Part shown: positions 57,367-64,000 of the stretch, piece after piece
Layout of the letters: each line of letters begins with the position of its first letter
Numbering within the stretch: position 1 is the first letter of the stretch
From: Christensenellales bacterium
Lineage (GTDB): Bacteria > Bacillota > Clostridia > Christensenellales > UMGS416
NCBI GenBank assembly: GCA_050948665.1
Contig: JBMNEH010000001.1
Coordinates: forward strand, 1,403,813-1,467,812
DNA length: 64,000 bases
Direction of reading: 5' to 3'
Notes under the pieces: model-generated
Database searches by the model: none
What the model was told of the DNA's origin: nothing
Seen by the model: only the letters and a program-made list of their open reading frames with translations
Position numbers and translations under genes: made by a program

Positions 57367-58308
57367 TCAGCGCACCCTTCTTTTCAGAGCACGAGATGTC
57401 TTCTTTTCGGCACGTTTGGCACGAGAGGCGTCAGCTACCTTATTCAGCCAAAGCCAAATAGGCGTAGAAAGCATTACAGAAGACCAGAAACCGGTAAGCA
57501 GTCCAACAATAATCGGCAGAGAGAATTCTCGGATTGCAGTTACACCAAATGCATACAGCAAAACAATCATTACCAAAGTTGTAATCGTGGTGAACAAGGT
57601 TCGGCGCAATGTTTCTGATACAGATTTGTCCGCAACATCCGTACGGGTAAAAGCAGATGAGATCAGCTTTTTGTTTGTACGTATCTTATCGAATATTACG
57701 ATAGTATTATTGATAGAATATCCGACAATCGTCAAAATCGCTGCGATAAAGGAAGAGTTAATCTGCGTGCGCAGGATTAAAATCACCGCAAACATCACAA
57801 GCACATCATGAAGAAGGCCAATGAGTGCGGCAATTCCGGACCAGAACTCAAATCGCAGTGTGATGTAAATCAACATCAATACACATGCGATTGCAACAGC
57901 GGTAAGGGCGTTGGTGACTAGCTCAGAACCAGCAGTTGCACCATTTCGTTCCAAATTCATAACTTCAAAGTCAGGATACTCAGTTTTCAAGTCCGCTTCG
58001 ATCAAGGCACGAACAGCATTTTGCTCTTCTCCGTCAAGATGCGCGTCCTGGAATTGAATTATAGCCTGAGTATCTTCCGAACGGGAAACTCTGACATCAA
58101 TGGTTGGGTCGTTTATATCTGTGCGAACAATCTCCGTAACTTTCTCGATGTCAAATTCCTCGCCCATCTCCGCAGTGTACATGGTACCACCGGAGAATTC
58201 GATGCCAAGATTTACACCGAAAATGCACATACTGATAATACCGGCCAACAGTATAACTACCGAAGGAATAAAGGACCACTTTACACATTTTGAAACGCGC
58301 AGTCTCAT
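57367..58308 (-). CDS. secF: Protein translocase subunit SecF
   Basis: Six-TM SecF topology with conserved GIEFSGGT and DVLV... motifs, adjacent to secD. Confidence 0.93.
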   Translation of the reverse strand: MRLRVSKCVKWSFIPSVVILLAGIISMCIFGVNLGIEFSGGTMYTAEMGEEFDIEKVTEIVRTDINDPTIDVRVSRSEDTQAIIQFQDAHLDGEEQNAVRALIEADLKTEYPDFEVMNLERNGATAGSELVTNALTAVAIACVLMLIYITLRFEFWSGIAALIGLLHDVLVMFAVILILRTQINSSFIAAILTIVGYSINNTIVIFDKIRTNKKLISSAFTRTDVADKSVSETLRRTLFTTITTLVMIVLLYAFGVTAIREFSLPIIVGLLTGFWSSVMLSTPIWLWLNKVADASRAKRAEKKTSRALKRRVR

Positions 58309-59565
58309 TTACTTGGCCTCCTTCTTCTCATGTATACCATATAGAACCGGATTAGTTATGTTCATACTGACCATCAGCTTCATAAGGAACTTTGTAACCA
58401 TTACAGCGGTAAACAACGATACCAGAATACCAATAATTAATGTAATCGCATATCCTTTTACAGAACCGGTTCCATAGAACAGGAGTACAACTGCCGCAAT
58501 CAAGGTGGTAATGTTAGAGTCTAGTATTGTTGTGAAAGCCTGTTTAAAAGAGGACTGAAAGGCAAACTTAAGCGACTTGCCTTCCTTTATTTCCTCACGG
58601 AAGCATTCAAATATAATCACATTAGAATCCACCGCCATACCGATACCAAGAATAATTCCCGCAATACCTGGTAGCGAAAGCTGAACACCGGGAATTACTG
58701 CCAAGAAGAACAATACAAGTATTACATAAACAACCAAAGCAATATCCGCAGCAACACCTGGAAGACCATAAACTGCAACCATAAAAATCAAAATAAAGGC
58801 CATGCCGATAGCACCGGCTAGCAGTGCACTTTCAATAGCGCCCTCGCCCAAGGTAGGCGATATGGTACTGGTGTTCAACTGGTTCAGCTCCAAAGGAAGA
58901 GCGCCGCTCTCAATCTGTACCGCAAGGTTCTTTGCCGATTCAGCGGTAAAACTCCCCTGTATGTATCCCTCTCCACCGGATATTTCTGTCTGCACTATAG
59001 CAGAAGATATGATTTTACCATCCAATAGGATGTCTATCGTCTGACCAAGGTAGGTCTTTGTCGCTGCGGCAAAAGCAGCGGCACCCTCGCTATCCAGTTT
59101 AAAAGCAACCACAAAACCAGCGGTATCTAAATAAGCTGAGCGTGCGGAAACAATGTTGTCACCGTACATGATGTGCTCACCGTTGGGACCGACAAATTCC
59201 AAAACCGCCGGTGTACCGATAAGCTCCATAACCTTGTTGGGATCGGATACATCAGGAATTTCAACCCGGATACGGTTGGTGCCTTGCTGCGTAATAGTCG
59301 CCTCGGTGTAACCCTGCCCATCCAGACGGCGGCGGAGAACTTCCATAGTAGTGCCAAGTTTTGTAGCAAACTCTTCCACTCCCTCATCCTCTGCCTCAAA
59401 AACGGCGTAAACACCGCCCCTGAGATCCAGTCCAAGGCTGATGGCCTGTCCGATAGGTAAAATATCGTACAGCCCCACTGTTACGCCAAAGATCTCCAGC
59501 AAGCCAACACCAACAATAGCGATAACAATCGCTAAAAAGATGATAACGGCTGACTTCTTTGACAT
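58309..59565 (-). CDS. secD: Protein translocase subunit SecD
   Basis: GLDLRGG, a periplasmic-type loop, and a C-terminal six-TM bundle (GIGMAVDSNVIIFE). Confidence 0.93.
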   Translation of the reverse strand: MSKKSAVIIFLAIVIAIVGVGLLEIFGVTVGLYDILPIGQAISLGLDLRGGVYAVFEAEDEGVEEFATKLGTTMEVLRRRLDGQGYTEATITQQGTNRIRVEIPDVSDPNKVMELIGTPAVLEFVGPNGEHIMYGDNIVSARSAYLDTAGFVVAFKLDSEGAAAFAAATKTYLGQTIDILLDGKIISSAIVQTEISGGEGYIQGSFTAESAKNLAVQIESGALPLELNQLNTSTISPTLGEGAIESALLAGAIGMAFILIFMVAVYGLPGVAADIALVVYVILVLFFLAVIPGVQLSLPGIAGIILGIGMAVDSNVIIFECFREEIKEGKSLKFAFQSSFKQAFTTILDSNITTLIAAVVLLFYGTGSVKGYAITLIIGILVSLFTAVMVTKFLMKLMVSMNITNPVLYGIHEKKEAK

Positions 59566-59680
59566 CTTCGCTCTCCTTACCTAACTATAAAAATGGCTTC
59601 CAGCCAACTAACTTGCTCCGTAAAGCACTGAATTATTATATAAGGATTTTTTTAAAAGGTCAACTTCCATTCCTAATTTC

Positions 59681-61048
59681 TTATTGCAGCCTCGTTTTTT
59701 CTTCCGGCATCTCCGCAATTTGCAGACCAATGGCACACTCTATCCGCTTACGCTCTATATCGCACTCCATGAAATAAGGCTTACTGATATCACCGTTCCG
59801 GTGCCAGGCGTTGGCAGCGCAACCACCGGAACAATAGAACCTGCACCAGCAATCTCTACAACTTTCCTTATGCAACAGATTGTTATTGCGAAACTTTTCC
59901 TGCAAAGCAACGTTAAAAGAACCATCCTGTATGTTACCCATGACCCACCGGGATTCACCTACAAATTGATGGCAAGGATATATGCTTCCGTCCGGAGCGA
60001 CCGCCACATACTCATTTCCAGCACCGCAGCCGGTAAGACGTTTAATGGCACAGGGACCATTCTCCAAATTGAGCATAAAATGGAAGAAGTTAAACCACTC
60101 CCCCTTACTACGCCCCTCCAACATTCGGGAAGCTAGCCTATCATACTCTGCTTTAATCGTCTCGAGATGTTCTGGCAGCAAAGAATACGGCATTCTCGGA
60201 TCGGTTACTACGGGCTCAACAGAAATCTGATCAAACCCGTTCCGGAAGATATATCCCACATCCGCAGCAAAATCCAAGTTGTTTCTCGTGAAAGTACCAC
60301 GGATATAGTAATCTTTATCTTCCCGGGCACCTACAAGTTTTTTCGCATTGGCAAGAATCTGTGCATGGGAACCTCTGCCCTCCGGGGAGGGGCGCAGTTT
60401 ATCGTGCACCTCAGGCCGCCCATCCAACGAAATCACAAGGTTTGCCATCTCCCGGTTGATGAAATCTATCATATCATCAGTTATGAAGTAAGCATTAGTG
60501 GTCAAAGTAAACCGTATTTCCTTATTATGCACTTTTTCCAACTGGCGTCCATAAGAAACAACAGCCTTCACAGCGTCAAAATTTACAGTGGGTTCACCCC
60601 CAAAGAAATCCACCTCGAGATGCTTTCGTTTTCCTGATTTCTCAATAAGCCAATCCAAGGCTTTCATGCCAATTTCTGACGGCATAAGGCACCTACCACC
60701 ATGGAAAGCTCCGGTTCCGGCAAAGCAATAAGCACAACGCAAATTACAATCATGCGCAATGTTCAAGCATAAAGACTTCACAACACCCTGGGTGTTAATA
60801 TCGATGTTCTGATCTTCCCAAGGAGTAAAGAGCATACCTTTGCCAAATAACAATTGTATATCGATCATTACATCGTCCAACATAGTAACTTGATAACTGC
60901 CAGCAAGGGAATCCCGAGCCTGCATCATAGTCATTCCCTGCTCCATCTTCTGTAGAAATGTGTAGGTCAAATCATCCACAACATGGATGGAGCCACTTGC
61001 AGGATCTAAAACAATATTGTGACCCAAAGATTGAAAAGCATGAATCAT
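59681..61048 (-). CDS. scfB: Radical SAM/SPASM thioether-forming maturase of the SCIFF peptide
   Basis: CNLRCAYC radical-SAM cluster, and SPASM-type Cys motifs near the C-terminus (CGAGNEY..., CRDCWCRFYCSGGC). Directly downstream of a SCIFF precursor. Confidence 0.9.
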   Translation of the reverse strand: MIHAFQSLGHNIVLDPASGSIHVVDDLTYTFLQKMEQGMTMMQARDSLAGSYQVTMLDDVMIDIQLLFGKGMLFTPWEDQNIDINTQGVVKSLCLNIAHDCNLRCAYCFAGTGAFHGGRCLMPSEIGMKALDWLIEKSGKRKHLEVDFFGGEPTVNFDAVKAVVSYGRQLEKVHNKEIRFTLTTNAYFITDDMIDFINREMANLVISLDGRPEVHDKLRPSPEGRGSHAQILANAKKLVGAREDKDYYIRGTFTRNNLDFAADVGYIFRNGFDQISVEPVVTDPRMPYSLLPEHLETIKAEYDRLASRMLEGRSKGEWFNFFHFMLNLENGPCAIKRLTGCGAGNEYVAVAPDGSIYPCHQFVGESRWVMGNIQDGSFNVALQEKFRNNNLLHKESCRDCWCRFYCSGGCAANAWHRNGDISKPYFMECDIERKRIECAIGLQIAEMPEEKTRLQ

Positions 61049-61065
61049 AAAAAACCTCTTTCATG

Positions 61066-61095
61066 GAAAAAGCAGTAATGGACACCCATCACTGC
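61066..61095 (-). terminator. Hairpin plus U-run between the SCIFF precursor and its maturase
   Basis: On the minus strand: GCAGTGATGG-GTGT-CCATTACTGC (9 of 10 bp paired) followed by TTTTT, inside the 65-nt scfA-scfB gap. Confidence 0.65.
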
Positions 61096-61113
61096 TTTAA
61101 TAGCTAGTTTATA

Positions 61114-61257
61114 TCAGTTCTTCTTGGCACAGGGCTGGTTTGCCACGGTGCAGGAAGTCTTGCAGGCAGATTGGCAGGAAGCCTGGCATTCTCCGCAACC
61201 ACCTGTCTTCACCGTATCCTTCAAACAACCCTTTACGACAGTCTTGATGTGCGTCAT
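61114..61257 (-). CDS. scfA: SCIFF (six-cysteines-in-forty-five) ranthipeptide precursor, 47 aa
   Basis: Hand translation: MTHIKTVVKGCLKDTVKTGGCGECQASCQSACKTSCTVANQPCAKKN. It contains the hallmark GGCGECQxSCQSACKTSC core and an RBS GGGAGG 7 nt upstream. It is absent from the ORF track because it is under 60 aa. Confidence 0.9.
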   Translation of the reverse strand: MTHIKTVVKGCLKDTVKTGGCGECQASCQSACKTSCTVANQPCAKKN

Positions 61258-61287
61258 CTCGCAACCTCCCTAAAAGATTCCTTTGTT

Positions 61288-61316
61288 ATTATACACGAAC
61301 CAAAAGAATCTCGCAA
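61288..61316 (-). promoter_or_regulatory. scfA promoter (TTGCGA-17-TATAAT)
   Basis: On the minus strand: TTGCGA (61316-61311), a 17-nt spacer, TATAAT (61293-61288). Confidence 0.7.
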
Positions 61317-62106
61317 GTTTTTCATGGAAGTTTATACAAGCTGCAGCTAATCACCGATTTTTCCTCTATGTATAGCACTTCATCAACCGCGAAGCCACTT
61401 CCCGACATCAATATCTGCCTGCGAATCGGCTTGGAAAAAGGAAACCTCTGGAGACAGTATATTGACCATACCCCATTTCTTTGTAATCATCAATATAGGC
61501 ATAGAATCTTTCGAGCGCAACTTCTCCCGCATGCCTTTTGCCACCAATTTATCTCACATATCGTACAGCCAAGCATGTTGCTCTGCTTAGTAGTGAGTTC
61601 TGTAGCAGCGGTTTTGGCAAAGCTCCATCTTAATTCTTTTCCATCAGGCCTCACCAAAATCTTACCATCCAGTTAGAACCCGGCTGCCCTGGAAGAAATG
61701 TGAAGACCTTCATGACCGCCACATCGTCAATCGGCGCAAAAAGATTCCTGCATAATCGGTGTGATGTCCCTTCAGATAAATGGATACAGTGTTTCCGAAG
61801 TGTGATATAAAAAAACAACAACTCACAGAAATCAGTGTGGATCCAAATCACAATAAGGTCTTTTTGATTTTCTGTTGGTAGAATACACTATCTGTATCTA
61901 TTCTATAAAATTATATATTATTCTCCATTATTAATTTTTAATTTCACTTGCTCCCTTGTATACTCTATTAATAAGCGTATTATCACCGAAGTTCCTGTAG
62001 CCAAATTGTCAGCTATCTTCAGCCAAATACTAAAGCCGCATACTCGATCCGGGATAGGATATCCGTAGCTACAGAAGTTATCATTATGTGCGCAAAAAAC
62101 GGATAT

Positions 62107-62131
62107 AAAAAGCGGCCTTCCGGCCGCTTTT
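62107..62131. terminator. Bidirectional rho-independent terminator after yajC
   Basis: AAAAAGCGGCC-TTCC-GGCCGCTTTT: a perfect GC stem flanked by an A-run and a T-run, 10 nt after the yajC stop. Confidence 0.85.
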
Positions 62132-62140
62132 AATTATACT

Positions 62141-62497
62141 TTACTTTGCGTCGGATTCCACATCGGGAGATTCTACATTTGAGATAGCCCTGCGCTCGAT
62201 CACAAGCTCAACCTTCTGGGGACCCATAGCAATGGTTACCGTATCATCTTTCACCCGGGTAATAGTGCCGTAAAACCCACCGATGGTCTTAACATTGTCT
62301 CCTACCTTCAACTCAGCCAAAAGTTTGTTCAACGCCTTCTGCTTTTTCTGCTGAGGACGGATAAGGAGGAAATAAAAAACTACAACAATCGCTACAAGGG
62401 GTAAAACCTGCAGTAATAAAGTGCCAATGCTATTGGAAGTAGCGCCTGTCGATGCCGTCGCAGCCTCCAGAAGTACCGTAATCATAAATTTCGTCAT
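62141..62497 (-). CDS. yajC: Preprotein translocase subunit YajC
   Basis: A single TM segment followed by FYFLLIRPQQKKQK and GDNVKTIGGFYGTI motifs. Confidence 0.9.
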   Translation of the reverse strand: MTKFMITVLLEAATASTGATSNSIGTLLLQVLPLVAIVVVFYFLLIRPQQKKQKALNKLLAELKVGDNVKTIGGFYGTITRVKDDTVTIAMGPQKVELVIERRAISNVESPDVESDAK

Positions 62498-62554
62498 ATT
62501 AAGCCTCTCTTTCGAAAATACTCTTTCGTATTATATCTGAATCGAACAGCTTTT

Positions 62555-64000
<1,446 letters not shown>

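Overview
The window looks like a chromosomal segment from a Firmicute of the class Clostridia, with roughly mid-40s %GC judged by eye. Gene content and synteny are typical of that group: mutL-miaA, lexA, ctsR-mcsA-mcsB-clpC, cmk-ispH/S1, recD2-comFC, pheST with a T-box, and hisS-hemZ-dtd-relA-apt-recJ-secDF-SCIFF-yajC-tgt-queA. It is mostly core housekeeping DNA, largely on the minus strand. It also holds a 9-tRNA array and one solitary tRNA-Arg. All functional calls come from reading motifs in the supplied translations and the DNA; no database search was possible. I saw no CRISPR array, IS element, prophage or obvious defence island. Seven things deserve a second look. (1) mutL is broken by an in-frame TAA and a frameshift although its catalytic motifs are intact. 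One heavily decayed esterase gene and two weaker possible gene remnants lie in the same window. (2) An unannotated 47-aa SCIFF precursor with its own promoter and a hairpin plus U-run sits in front of its radical-SAM maturase. (3) A structured non-coding region of about 200 nt with its own near-consensus promoter lies immediately downstream of comFC. That is the usual position of the raiA-motif RNA, but here a HutP-family gene follows it instead of hpf/raiA. (4) A promoter-to-hairpin operon carries four redox enzymes: an OYE-like Fe-S flavoprotein, an SDR, a fumarate-reductase-like FAD protein and a D-2-hydroxyacid dehydrogenase. Its substrate is unknown and it ends in an archaeal-type aspS. 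(5) A LexA operator is shared between lexA and a divergent 59-aa protein with 9 cysteines. (6) There is an IspH-S1 fusion. (7) There is an 0.8-kb gap with possible gene remnants between yajC and the SCIFF gene. None of these can be called a new system from sequence alone. The redox operon and the comFC-adjacent RNA with the HutP-like gene are the best candidates for undescribed biology.
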